Origin: Candidatus Bathyarchaeota archaeon
GTDB taxonomy: Archaea; Thermoproteota; Bathyarchaeia; 40CM-2-53-6; RBG-13-38-9
Assembly: GCA_963807605.1 (NCBI GenBank)
Contig: CAWECG010000003.1
Location: 864,001 to 928,000 of the forward strand
Reading direction: 5' to 3'
DNA length: 64,000 nucleotides
Shown here: positions 9,710-19,950 of the stretch, in pieces
Layout of the letters: every line of letters starts with the position of its first letter
Numbering within the stretch: the first letter of the stretch is position 1
Program-made: the position numbers and the translations under genes
Notes under the pieces: model-generated
Database searches by the model: none
Seen by the model: only the letters and a program-made list of their open reading frames with translations
Told to the model about the DNA's origin: nothing

Positions 9710-10507
9710 TCACATTCTGCCTCTTCCAATGGCCAAGTTCTTGCCTGTCCCGCCCCGTCTGTGTTTAATCACTTCTGCTATTATGCTTGTGGCAATCTCC
9801 GCTGGCGTCTCAGCACCTATATCGAGTCCGATAGGTGCGTAGACCCGTTTAAGGCTATCTTCAGGTATACCCTCTTTCATCAACGTGTTAAATGCCATCT
9901 CTACCCTGTTCTTGCTTCCGACCATTCCTATGTAAGTTGCTTCTGAATTGATGACTTCTCGTAGGGCAGGTTCATCGTACTGATGCCTAGTCACTATAAC
10001 TATGTACGTCTGTGGAGTGATTTTAAGCCCGGCAACTCCTGCATCTACGGGTTTGGCTACTACGGTTTCGGCATCCGGGAACTCTTCTTTCTTGGCAAAG
10101 GGGTCAAGCACAACGACTTTAAAGTCTACCAATTTACCAAGAGTCGATAACGCTATTGCGATGTGACCGCTTCCGATGATTAAAAACACTGGTTTTGGCT
10201 GGAGTACCTCGATAGATAATTCAAGCTTACCTCCACATCTCATGCCCACCCCACCTTTCTCTTCCTCCTCCAAGGCATAGTCTACGATTCGAGACTTTGC
10301 TTCCTTTAGTGCTTCGAGAGCCGATGTCACTACTGCTGCTTCAACACAACCGCCACCGATGGTTCCGTAGATCGTTTGATCGTTCATGATAATCATCTTT
10401 GTGCCAACGCCCCTCGGAGTAGAACCCTCAGCTCTGATTATGCTAGCGACAGCAAACGTCTCTCCACTTTGCAGAAGTTCTGTAATCTTTTGGTATATGT
10501 CCAGCAA
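9710..10507 (-). CDS. xdhC: XdhC/CoxI family molybdoenzyme accessory factor
   Basis: GSTPR, GTIGGGCVE, CGG, YIGMVGS and PIGLDIGAETPAEIA. Confidence 0.92.
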   Translation of the reverse strand: MLDIYQKITELLQSGETFAVASIIRAEGSTPRGVGTKMIIMNDQTIYGTIGGGCVEAAVVTSALEALKEAKSRIVDYALEEEEKGGVGMRCGGKLELSIEVLQPKPVFLIIGSGHIAIALSTLGKLVDFKVVVLDPFAKKEEFPDAETVVAKPVDAGVAGLKITPQTYIVIVTRHQYDEPALREVINSEATYIGMVGSKNRVEMAFNTLMKEGIPEDSLKRVYAPIGLDIGAETPAEIATSIIAEVIKHRRGGTGKNLAIGRGRM

Positions 10508-10658
10508 CCTAATCGCTTCAGTCGGAATCTTTTGTGGTATACTTTCAGTTCCATTCTATTAAGATATCTTCAGCTCCCCAGTGATTGTCTATCGCACGTA
10601 TTGCTACCTAATGCTTAATTTGGTTACTCTGAAGGTGTATATTGGTGATCGAATAGCC

Positions 10659-11536
10659 ATGCGTTTGACGACAGAACTTTTGAGATTGGATAATCCAGAT
10701 GGAGCTATCGAGCGTATCGTCAGCTTTCTCAGAGACTATGTTAAGGGGGCCTCGGCTGATGGTTTTGTTATTGGTATGTCTGGAGGACTCGACTCAAGCG
10801 TTACAGCTGCTCTCTGTTCAAGAGCTCTCAACGACCGTAACAAGATCCTTGGTTTGTCTATGGCTGAGGAGGAAACCTACAATGAAAAGAATATAGCTGA
10901 TGCCGAACGTGTAGCACACATCTTTAACATACAATTCAAGAAGGTCGACATAACTTCAATTATCAAAGACTTTCATAAGAACATGAAACTCTTCGATCCG
11001 AGGGATCGAATTGCTAATGGTAATGTTAAAGCGAGGATCCGCGCGGTAACTCTCTTCTACCACTCTAATGTTCTCAATCGCCTCGTCATCGGAACTACCG
11101 ATAAGAGTGAAATGATGCTCGGATAGGATAAGTCCTTCATGAATTTATCCCCGAAGATTTCACAAAGTTTGGCGACGGGGCATGCGACATAGAGCCTCTG
11201 GCAGATCTCTTTAAGACAACCGTTAGACAACTTGCAACCACCTTGGGAGTTCCTACAGAAATAGTAGCGAAGCGGCCATCACCCGATCTTTGGCCGGATC
11301 AACAAGCAAGCCAAGAACTAGGAGCGGATTATGACGTACTTGATCTTGTACTATGGGGAATTGAGCACTGGTGGTCGATAGACAAGATCGCAAGTGAACT
11401 ACAGCTCCCCGAGAAGTTTGTTAAGAATGTAGTGGAGAAGTGGAAATTAGCGGAGCATAAGAGGCGCACACCACTTATCCCCAAACTCTTCTTTAGAACT
11501 GTGGGTCATGATTTCCGTCTACCCTACATGCCTTAG
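10659..11536 (+). CDS. nadE: NH3-dependent NAD+ synthetase, two exons (10659-11124 and 11157-11536), 281 aa after splicing
   Basis: GMSGGLDS, GNVKARIR, GTTDKSE; spliced LGYFTKFGDGACDIEPLADLFKT; PSPDLWPDQ and EHKR. Confidence 0.93.
11125..11156 (+). other. 32-nt bulge-helix-bulge (archaeal endonuclease type) intron in nadE mRNA
   Basis: Central helix TCGG(11119-22)/CCGA(11151-54), 3-nt bulges ATA and AGA, 8-bp intron stem GGATAAGT/ATTTATCC. Removal restores the frame and the conserved motif. Confidence 0.9.
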
Positions 11537-11674
11537 CATTCTTCTCGTGTTAAAGAATATGTTAATATCTACAACAAATCTGGTCTTATATGCACATGAA
11601 AGTAGTTTGATTCTTCTAAATTCAATTTTGTCCACATCTTCATAAATTTCGTTGAATACTAATGTTGGATAACA

Positions 11675-12502
11675 ATGAAGCAAATCAAGGTAGGCCTTGC
11701 CCAGACTTCCATCAAAAATGGTGATAAGTCTCACAACCTCCAAGTAATGAGGAGGACTTTAGACGAGGCCAGAAAGAAAGAAGCTAACTTACTTATCTTT
11801 CCTGAGTTATCTCTCACAGGATATGTTTGTCGCGACTTTTTCTATGAGCTCGCGGAGACTATTGATGGACCCTCTATAAAACTTGTATGCCAATTTACAA
11901 GAGAGAATGGATTGACAACGATTTTTGGAATGCCTTTGGAAGAGAATGTCAAAGGCGTAATTTACAATTCGTCGGTCATGATCGATGAAGACGGTGATGT
12001 TGTTAGCTACAACAAGTTGTATTTGCCTACCCACTCGGTCTTCGATGAAAAGAGATATTTCCGCTCTGGCAACGAGACAAAATGTTTTCAAACCAAGAAA
12101 TGCAGGATTGGGCTGACAATTTGTTATGATGTTTATTTCCCAGAGATATACCGGATCCTCGCACTTGAGGGAGCTGAGCTCGTGACTTGCATCTCTGCAT
12201 CTCCTTCTACACGTCAAGAATATTTCCAAACTTTGACTAAAGCTAGGGCAATTGAGAATGGAGTTTTTCTTGCTTTCGTCAATCGTGTTGGAATTGAGGA
12301 TGGACTACAGTTTTGGGGAGGAAGCAACGTCGTGAGCCCAAACGGTGACATTCTGGCGAAGGCCCGATATTATGAAGAGGACTTAACCTTCGTTACATTA
12401 GACTTGGAGGATCTAAGGAGAGTTAGACCGTTTGTCCCAACCATTAAGGACCTCAGAATGGAGATCTTGGACAGATTGGTACTGCGAGCCCACGAGATAT
12501 GA
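11675..12502 (+). CDS. Carbon-nitrogen hydrolase (nitrilase family)
   Basis: E-K-C triad: FPEL, YNKLYLP, ICYDVYFPE. Confidence 0.92.
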   Translation: MKQIKVGLAQTSIKNGDKSHNLQVMRRTLDEARKKEANLLIFPELSLTGYVCRDFFYELAETIDGPSIKLVCQFTRENGLTTIFGMPLEENVKGVIYNSSVMIDEDGDVVSYNKLYLPTHSVFDEKRYFRSGNETKCFQTKKCRIGLTICYDVYFPEIYRILALEGAELVTCISASPSTRQEYFQTLTKARAIENGVFLAFVNRVGIEDGLQFWGGSNVVSPNGDILAKARYYEEDLTFVTLDLEDLRRVRPFVPTIKDLRMEILDRLVLRAHEI

Positions 12503-12661
12503 GATCGAATACTTAGTATATACATTTTTTCGCAAATTCACGTAAGTAATCGAATCAGGGATATGCATGTTTCAGTGAAGGCTTTGCAGCGACGGTTAAT
12601 TCCTTTCCTTGATCAGATTGTCTCAGTATGACTTAATAGTTCTGCATACAATGTTGTATGC

Positions 12662-13171
12662 ATGAACGGGGGGAGCCGTAGTAACGACACACCGTCACTC
12701 AAATTGGCTAGAAAATCAGTAATGGAGACTTTTCAAGACGAAATATTGAAGATTCTGCTTAAGAACAGCAATTTGACCAGAAAACAGTTCGAAACCTTGC
12801 TAATAGACACCTTGGCTGGTGATCTCCTTGAAGAGGAAGCTACGTCAAGGGCAAGACCAAAGCTACGAACCGATAGAAGCTCACTCAGCCGTGGATCGTT
12901 CGATAGAACTCTGATTCAAGGCAGGAGGAACATAATTGAAGCCGTCTATACGATTCTGCTCTTAGGCTACACTGGACTCTTTGAGACTGCTCAATTGGAA
13001 CCTTTCTTAGAAGTTGGAAGTCGTCTAAAGGTCTACGTTGAGTCTAGAGGGAAACAGAATGTTGACCAAGACAGGGAGATGAGAAGCACTCTGTCGAAGG
13101 AGTTAACCGAGATTCTGGAAGGACTGGTAAGGGGTAGAAGAAAAGAGTCAGATGAGACGCTGAATAAGTAG
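12662..13171 (+). CDS. Hypothetical protein
   Basis: 169-aa ORF with normal composition, convergent with and abutting the next gene. Confidence 0.7.
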   Translation: MNGGSRSNDTPSLKLARKSVMETFQDEILKILLKNSNLTRKQFETLLIDTLAGDLLEEEATSRARPKLRTDRSSLSRGSFDRTLIQGRRNIIEAVYTILLLGYTGLFETAQLEPFLEVGSRLKVYVESRGKQNVDQDREMRSTLSKELTEILEGLVRGRRKESDETLNK

Positions 13172-13600
13172 TTATTTTAAAGGATCGGCGATAGAATTGC
13201 TATCTGCAGGGTTGACTGACTTAACAGAATATCTCCACTCGAAAGTAGAACCAGACCGCGTAAGGACACCTCTCTCTACAAGTCTAGAGAGATATGTTGA
13301 AATTGTGCTTAGAGGAACGTCTTCGCTGTAGACCGAATTGTATGTTCGCTGCAGATCTTTAGACAAAAAAGTCTTGTCAGAAAAATGTGAAAACACAAGA
13401 GAAAGAGTCTTCTCAAAACGATTGTTGAGCGATCTTTGAATGAGCCTGGTGGTTGGATAGCTCCCATCAACTCCACCCATTAGTTCGACGTAGTCGAGAA
13501 CTTTTCCCACTTTTTCTCGAGTCACACGACCTTCGATTGCCATGGTATGTTTTATCCCTTCCTTGTCATAGAACTCTATCTTGACTCGATGTGCCGGCAA
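13172..13600 (-). CDS. Hypothetical protein with C-terminal winged helix
   Basis: FLSKDLQRTY...LSTISTYLSRLVERGVL.R.G wHTH signature. Confidence 0.75.
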   Translation of the reverse strand: MPAHRVKIEFYDKEGIKHTMAIEGRVTREKVGKVLDYVELMGGVDGSYPTTRLIQRSLNNRFEKTLSLVFSHFSDKTFLSKDLQRTYNSVYSEDVPLSTISTYLSRLVERGVLTRSGSTFEWRYSVKSVNPADSNSIADPLK

Positions 13601-13619
13601 TCAAAGCACCGATGTTAAG

Positions 13620-14050
13620 TTTGCTGTTCACAGGTAAATGAAGTATTAGTGAACACTCTTATTTGTTTTGCCATAGAAGCTGAGTTATGTGAACGAGAGT
13701 CTTTCGTTTCCACTTGAAAAGACGCGCCTGCAGAGGAAATGGGGGGGTTATGGTTTATTTCACAGAAAGTGAAGCCGTAATGGGTTCTAATATTATTGAT
13801 AGTTTTTTTTTCACAACAATAAAGAGGTGTTGACAATCGTTCACTCACACATACACCATCGTTTCCACTGGACAAAAGATGAATAAAAGGAGTAACAAAG
13901 ACTACTATATTGAACATTTCAGTATTGTTTTCTTATGTATAACATAATTATACAATAGAAAGGCATTACCATTCGAGGTATATTTCATTACTTAAACTAC
14001 TCAACATATAAAAGGTATATTCTTCTCCACAGGAAATGAAGGGGTGGCTG
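13620..14050. other. Probable replication origin (oriC) with ORB elements and an AT-rich unwinding region
   Basis: TCCACAGGAAATGAAGGGGT (14026-45), TGCAGAGGAAATGGGGGGGT (13729-48), TTCCACTTGAAA (13708), GTTTCCACTGGA (13861), AT-rich tract ~13900-14020; cdc6 and the PolD genes are nearby. Confidence 0.75.
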
Positions 14051-14056
14051 GCACCT

Positions 14057-16693
14057 CTAAATATCATATGTCTTAACCATTTCTTGGGCCGCAGCCAATC
14101 TTGCTATTGGAACTCTGTAGATTGAACAGGATACATAATTCACACCAATGAGGCTACAGAACCTTATCGATTCTGGATCCCCTCCATGTTCACCACAGAT
14201 GCCCACTTTTAGGTTAGGTCTAACCTTTCTACCATCCTCAATAGCTATTTGCATTAACCTACCAACCCCGCCTTTATCTAACGTTTCGAACGGATTGTAT
14301 GTTAATATTCCCTGTTCAAGATATCGAGGCAGAAACTTGTTCTCAGCATCTTCTCTTGAGAATGAGAAGGTACCCTGTGTTAGATCGTTAGTTCCGAATG
14401 AAAAAAATTCCGCAAAGTTGGCTATCTCACCGGCTGTCAAGCAACTTCGTACAACCTCTATCATTGTTCCGAAGCTATACTTTACTTGAACCCCAGTTCT
14501 TGTCATAACTTCTTGGGCAACCCTATCTAGCCTCTGTTTAACACTATATAACTCGGAGGCCATGGAAACTTGGGGAATCATAATCTCCGGTTTAACATGG
14601 TAACCCTGCTTAGTCAGCTCAGCCACAGCCTCAATTATGGCTTGCGTCTGCATTTCATATATCTCCGGGTTTGTTATTCCTAACCGGACTCCCCTGTGAC
14701 CCATCATAGGATTGACTTCAGCCAGAGCCTTTGCTTTCCTATAGATTTCTTCCTTCTCCTTGGTGTCAACATTCTTAGACTTCATATTCATTATCTCATG
14801 AAGCAGAACCTCTAATGACGGTAGAAATTCATGGAGTGGAGGATCAAGAAGTCGCACCGTCACTGGTAGACCATTCATTACCCTGAAAATTTCTTTAAAG
14901 TCGTTTCTCTGAATTGGTAACAAGGCTGAAAGGTGTTTCTCCCTTTCCTCATAGTTTTCTGCTAGGATCATCTTCTGAACTATCGGCAGCCGATCTACTG
15001 CATTGAACATTCTCTCAGTCCTGCATAAACCGATACCTTCCGCACCGAATTCCCTCGCTTTCCTTGAATCTTCTGGGGAATCGGCATTGGCTCTCACACC
15101 AATTCTTCTTTTTTCATCGGCCCAACCGAGTACCTGTCCAAACTCCTTTGGAAGCTCAGGTTCGATTGTAGGAACATCGCCAACATATACCGAACCCGTA
15201 CTCCCATCGATCGTAATGATCTCCCCCTCCTTAACAACTCGTTTTTCTATAAGGAAGAGTTTGAGCAGACTATCGATCTTTATCTGTTCACAACCCGAGA
15301 CACAAGGTTTACCCATTCCCCTCGCGACAACCGCGGCGTGTGAGGTCTTTCCTCCTCTTGAAGTTAGAACTCCTTGAGCAGCGAAGAAACCGTGGATATC
15401 CTCAGGTTTTGTTTCCTCCCTGACGAGGATCACCTTCTCCCCTTTTGCGCCAAGCTGAGCCGCGGTGTCAGCGTCGAAGACTACTTTGCCCGAAGCTGCA
15501 CCTGGCGAAGCAGCCAAGCCTGAGGCAACAGGCTTTGTCAGAGACTCGGGATCGATGGTCTTGTGGAGAAGTTGTTCAACCTGTTCTGGTCTAACTCTAA
15601 TGAGTGCTTCGTCTTTAGTAAGTATGCCTTCATTATACATTTCTACTGATGTCTTAACTGTTGCGAGGGCATTCATTTTGCCGTTTCTTGTTTGTAAAAT
15701 ATAGAGCTTGCCTTTCTCGATCGTAAATTCGAAGTCTTGAACCTCTTTGTAATGTTTTTCTAGGATTTCACGCACTTTACATAATTCTTCGTAACTCTTT
15801 GGTAGCTCTTTTCTCATTTCAGTTATTGGTTTAGGCGTTCTGATTCCCGCAACAACATCTTCTCCTTGAGCGTTGGTCAGGTATTCACCATAGAAAATGT
15901 TTTGGCCAGTAGCTGGATCTCTTGTGAAAGCAACGCCAGTAGCGGAATCTGAACCTCTATTCCCAAAAACCATGGTTTGAACATTGACTGCCGTTCCGTT
16001 GGCCATGTCAGGGGTTATCTTGTTGAATTTTCGATAGTCTACAGCCCTCTTTCCCATCCAAGAACGGAAGACTGCTTCAATGGCCATCTCTAGTTGCTTG
16101 TGGGGGTCGTCGGGAAACTGTCGGCTAGTTTCATCTTTGCATATTCTCTTGAAGTCCTCAACGATCTGTTTTAGTGCCTCCGACGGTAGATCCGTATCAT
16201 ACTTTGCGTTGCACTTTTTCTTCGATTCCTCAAACTCCTTGTCAAATCTTTCTCCGTTAGCTTGCATCGCTATCTTCGAAAATAACTGTATGAAACGCCT
16301 GTAGCAATCATATGCGAATCTTTCGTCTCCCGTTTGTTTAGCAAGTCCAATTACGGTTTCATCATTAAGTCCCAAGTTTAAGATAGTGTCCATCATCCCA
16401 GGCATCGAAAGGGCAGCTCCAGAACGCACAGAGACGAGCAGCGAATTCTTAGGGTCGCCAAACCTTTTCCCAGTCTTCTCTTCTAGGGTGACCATATACT
16501 CTTTTACTTCACCTAACAACCCGCTTGGTAACTTACCACCATTCTGGTTATACTCAATACAAACCTCTGTTGTAATTACAAAGCCTGGAGGGACTGTTAG
16601 ACCTATTCTGGTCATCTCGCACAGTCCGGCACCTTTTCCACCCAGTAACTTCTTATTCTTCCCATCACCTTGCTCAAAGTCGTAGATTCTCAT
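14057..16693 (-). CDS. ppdK: Pyruvate, phosphate dikinase
   Basis: LGGKGA, SVRSGA..SMPGMMDT, GGKTSHAAVVAR, GTNDLTQ and CGEHGG. Confidence 0.97.
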   Translation of the reverse strand: MRIYDFEQGDGKNKKLLGGKGAGLCEMTRIGLTVPPGFVITTEVCIEYNQNGGKLPSGLLGEVKEYMVTLEEKTGKRFGDPKNSLLVSVRSGAALSMPGMMDTILNLGLNDETVIGLAKQTGDERFAYDCYRRFIQLFSKIAMQANGERFDKEFEESKKKCNAKYDTDLPSEALKQIVEDFKRICKDETSRQFPDDPHKQLEMAIEAVFRSWMGKRAVDYRKFNKITPDMANGTAVNVQTMVFGNRGSDSATGVAFTRDPATGQNIFYGEYLTNAQGEDVVAGIRTPKPITEMRKELPKSYEELCKVREILEKHYKEVQDFEFTIEKGKLYILQTRNGKMNALATVKTSVEMYNEGILTKDEALIRVRPEQVEQLLHKTIDPESLTKPVASGLAASPGAASGKVVFDADTAAQLGAKGEKVILVREETKPEDIHGFFAAQGVLTSRGGKTSHAAVVARGMGKPCVSGCEQIKIDSLLKLFLIEKRVVKEGEIITIDGSTGSVYVGDVPTIEPELPKEFGQVLGWADEKRRIGVRANADSPEDSRKAREFGAEGIGLCRTERMFNAVDRLPIVQKMILAENYEEREKHLSALLPIQRNDFKEIFRVMNGLPVTVRLLDPPLHEFLPSLEVLLHEIMNMKSKNVDTKEKEEIYRKAKALAEVNPMMGHRGVRLGITNPEIYEMQTQAIIEAVAELTKQGYHVKPEIMIPQVSMASELYSVKQRLDRVAQEVMTRTGVQVKYSFGTMIEVVRSCLTAGEIANFAEFFSFGTNDLTQGTFSFSREDAENKFLPRYLEQGILTYNPFETLDKGGVGRLMQIAIEDGRKVRPNLKVGICGEHGGDPESIRFCSLIGVNYVSCSIYRVPIARLAAAQEMVKTYDI

Positions 16694-16873
16694 GAGAAAC
16701 CCCTGTTGGTCATTGGCGGATCGAATTTGGCGTAGCCTAAATGATCGAGTTGTATTTAATCAGTTCCCCTGTGGACAGATAATCTGCTAGTGACACCACT
16801 GGCGTAGATTGAATTTTTCGCTGTTCTTTATCGGGTTTGATGTACAGAAATTCTTAATATTAGTGCAGGGCAG

Positions 16874-18154
16874 TTGCGCTCAGTTATCGGTGGACACGTT
16901 TTGCCTAGCTCTGAGACTCTCGAAGGCATCTTTGAAAAGTTCTTGTCGGGTAGCAAGATCTTCTCAAACCGAGAGGTTCTCAGACACGATTATATACCTA
17001 AAGATCTTCCCCACCGCCACCAAGAAATCGATCGACTGGGAAGGATGCTAGCCCCAGCCCTTACGCTCTCTAAAATCTCAAACCTCTTCATCTATGGTAA
17101 AACAGGTACTGGCAAGACAGCCGTCGTTAGGCATGTAATTGATGGTTTAGGTAAGAAAGCTGATGAGTTAGGTGTCAGACTGAGGCTGTCGTATGTTAAC
17201 TGTAGACTTTCTGGAACCAATTACAGAGTCTTAGCAGAGATTTGCCGTTCTGTTGGGATCCAAGTTCCCTTCACAGGATTAGCTGTTGGTGAGCTTTTTG
17301 ACAGATTCAGAAATGGTATCAACAAGGCAAAGTTTTGTCTTCTGATAGTTCTGGACGAGGTTGATACCCTAGTCAAGCGGAACGAAGAAAATAGTCTGCT
17401 GTATGAACTAACAAGAATAAACGAAAGCCTACGCGGTGGCTGGGTAGGCCTTGTGGGAGTATCCAATGATCTCCACTTCAAGGAGTTTCTTGATCCACGA
17501 ATTCTAAGTTGCCTGGGAGAGGAAGAGGTTATCTTCAAGCCCTACCTGGCTGACGAGCTATGTAACATCCTACAGGCGAGAGCCAGCATGGCCTTTCACG
17601 AAGGATCTCTAAAAGAGTCCGCAATTAGGCTCTGTGCTGCGCTAGCTGCTGGTGAGCATGGAGATGCTCGAAGAGCGCTAGATCTTCTTCGTATTGCAGG
17701 GGAATTGGCTGAACGAAGCGGAATTAATCAAGTTACCGAAGATCATGTTACGGCTGCGCAGAGAAAGGTGGAGCATGATCGAATAAGTGAGATTCTAACC
17801 TCTCTTCCTTTACATTCAAAACTTGTCTTGTTGAGTGTATTTCTGTTCCGGAATCATTCATCGAATGATGCCGTAACAGGCGACATTTACACTATCTACC
17901 AAGAGTTGTGTAAGGAGATCAGAGTTGATGTACTGACTCAAAGGCGGGTAAGTGGTCTGATAAGTGAGCTCGACATAATGGGAATACTTAGCGCGAGAGT
18001 CGTGAACTTTGGAAGATACGGAAGGACTAAGAAGATACGTTTAGGGATCCAAGAGAAGTCGATCATTGAAGCGTTATCTGAAGATGGTTTAGTCAATCCT
18101 CTCTTTCGTTATGTGCCTCGAACGCTTAGAAGACCGATTAGTTTGACGAGATAG
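16874..18154 (+). CDS. cdc6: Orc1/Cdc6 replication initiator
   Basis: YGKTGTGKT, VLDEVD, GDARRALDLLR and C-terminal wH GRYGRTK. Confidence 0.96.
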   Translation: MRSVIGGHVLPSSETLEGIFEKFLSGSKIFSNREVLRHDYIPKDLPHRHQEIDRLGRMLAPALTLSKISNLFIYGKTGTGKTAVVRHVIDGLGKKADELGVRLRLSYVNCRLSGTNYRVLAEICRSVGIQVPFTGLAVGELFDRFRNGINKAKFCLLIVLDEVDTLVKRNEENSLLYELTRINESLRGGWVGLVGVSNDLHFKEFLDPRILSCLGEEEVIFKPYLADELCNILQARASMAFHEGSLKESAIRLCAALAAGEHGDARRALDLLRIAGELAERSGINQVTEDHVTAAQRKVEHDRISEILTSLPLHSKLVLLSVFLFRNHSSNDAVTGDIYTIYQELCKEIRVDVLTQRRVSGLISELDIMGILSARVVNFGRYGRTKKIRLGIQEKSIIEALSEDGLVNPLFRYVPRTLRRPISLTR

Positions 18155-19706
18155 TATCTTCACTATACCTGAAATTCATCATACTCAAATTCATCGTTTG
18201 CAGGTTTAGAATGGGCATAACCCCAGGCGTTGGTTCGATTCCCATCCTTTTCTGATACTCCGTTTGATCTTGCCAAGCTCCGCAGTTTACTATGACTGTA
18301 CCTCGATATACCGAGTTTTTGGCGACATGAATGTGTCCAGCTTGGAAAACATCTGGGGGTTGAGCAATAACTAAGCGGTCTGTACTCTCAGGTGCCAAAG
18401 AGGTTCTTGCACCATATTCAGGCGCTAAGTGTCTACATCTCAAAAGGTACTCCATTGCTTTCTCTGGCGTTCTGAGACTAAGGTTCGGAACCCTAGCTAT
18501 AACATCATCCAAACTCCTTCCATGGTATAACAAAAAATGGAGTCCATGAACTCTGATCTCAGACGGATTTCCCAAGCTCGTAATGTTTCTAGCTTCGTAA
18601 ACCGGTTCTGCAAACTCCTTGGGAATTGCAGGTTGAGGAAGTGCCTGTCTGACAGCGTCGTGGTTACCAGGAATAATTACAACCTCTATGTAATCTGGTA
18701 TCTGCTCAATGTATTGGGCTACCATTTTGTACTGTTGGTGGATGTCAGTGATAGACAAATCCTCTTCCTGACGGGGATAGACACCTATGCCATCTACGAG
18801 GTCGCCTGCTATTATCACATATTTGGTTTTCGAGGCTGCATCTATCTGTCTCGGGTTTCCAACTTTGCCATTTAGCCACATAATGAATCGTTCGAAGGCA
18901 TCTACACAGAATGTCTTGCTACCAAGATGAATGTCCGATAGAAGCGCAGCGTTGATTGGCTGGTCAGTACCGATAGGTCTCTTATCGGGAATATCGGGCA
19001 AGACAATTTGTTCTGCTATCAAAAGGTCGTTCTTACCGCGTAACGCTTCTATTCCGACGACTTGGTCCAAGAGGATCCTCCGTGCGGTTTCAAAGAGTTC
19101 TCGACTCTTGTTTGACAGTACCATTAGCGTCGCGGCATTTTCTTCATCTTCGATCTCGAGAAAGAGCTGATTGCCGTACTCGCGTTTACTCATGACAATA
19201 GCTATAATTCTGATTCTTTCGCCATATTTAGCCTCAAGAGCTTTGGTAACGTCACCTGCATCTCTGAAATCTAGTCTCTCACGAAGGATTCTTGCGAGTC
19301 TCTCGAATCTGTCTCTAAAGTATTGGTTAAAGTCACTTATGTCTCCGCTTGACTCCGCTTCCTCACTTCCATTTTTGAGGATCTCCATGTCACTGCTAAT
19401 TTCTTTGGCGAGAGGAATGGATGACCTTAACTCCACTCTCTTTAGTGTGGCTTCTTTTGGATGTGTTACCTTAGTGAGCGCCTTCTCTATGATTTCACGT
19501 GTGATCACCATTGGTTTTGGAGTGCGTCGTTCAACCTCATTTATCGATTCGTTAATGAGAGAACTGAAATGTTCCTCGCTCTGTAATACTTTAAGGAGTT
19601 CAAAGGCTGTCGGGTCCAGTTGGTAACCTGCAAGTGTTATGTTTCCAAGTGCTTCTTTGACATTTCTGGAAAAGTTAAGTCGACTTTTTGGCATGTTGGA
19701 TATCAA
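18138..19706 (-). CDS. polB: DNA polymerase D small subunit DP1 (PolD naming)
   Basis: SDIHLGS, AGDLVDGIGVYP, PGNHDA, YHGRS and GHIH phosphoesterase motifs plus OB fold. Confidence 0.95.
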   Translation of the reverse strand: MISNMPKSRLNFSRNVKEALGNITLAGYQLDPTAFELLKVLQSEEHFSSLINESINEVERRTPKPMVITREIIEKALTKVTHPKEATLKRVELRSSIPLAKEISSDMEILKNGSEEAESSGDISDFNQYFRDRFERLARILRERLDFRDAGDVTKALEAKYGERIRIIAIVMSKREYGNQLFLEIEDEENAATLMVLSNKSRELFETARRILLDQVVGIEALRGKNDLLIAEQIVLPDIPDKRPIGTDQPINAALLSDIHLGSKTFCVDAFERFIMWLNGKVGNPRQIDAASKTKYVIIAGDLVDGIGVYPRQEEDLSITDIHQQYKMVAQYIEQIPDYIEVVIIPGNHDAVRQALPQPAIPKEFAEPVYEARNITSLGNPSEIRVHGLHFLLYHGRSLDDVIARVPNLSLRTPEKAMEYLLRCRHLAPEYGARTSLAPESTDRLVIAQPPDVFQAGHIHVAKNSVYRGTVIVNCGAWQDQTEYQKRMGIEPTPGVMPILNLQTMNLSMMNFRYSEDTISSN

Positions 19707-19950
19707 GAGAGTCTAGCATTCCATTGATTGCTGCCTTAGTATAGCTTAGTTACTTATCTTTGTTCTTAGGAATAGATTTAGTGTATACTCCCGCTTTCAC
19801 CGAAGTATCTTGAATAGACACATTACATAAAATTTTCCCTGTTTAGTGCAAAGCTTAGACATATAATATTTAACATATTCTTGTCAATGTCTTCGAATAA
19901 GAATAACAATAGATTCCACATATACAATCTTCTATGTCCTCCTTAGAGGT

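Noticed and set aside
13615-13917. 100-aa minus-strand ORF
   Set aside because: It lies across the ORB-rich origin region and has no protein-like features.
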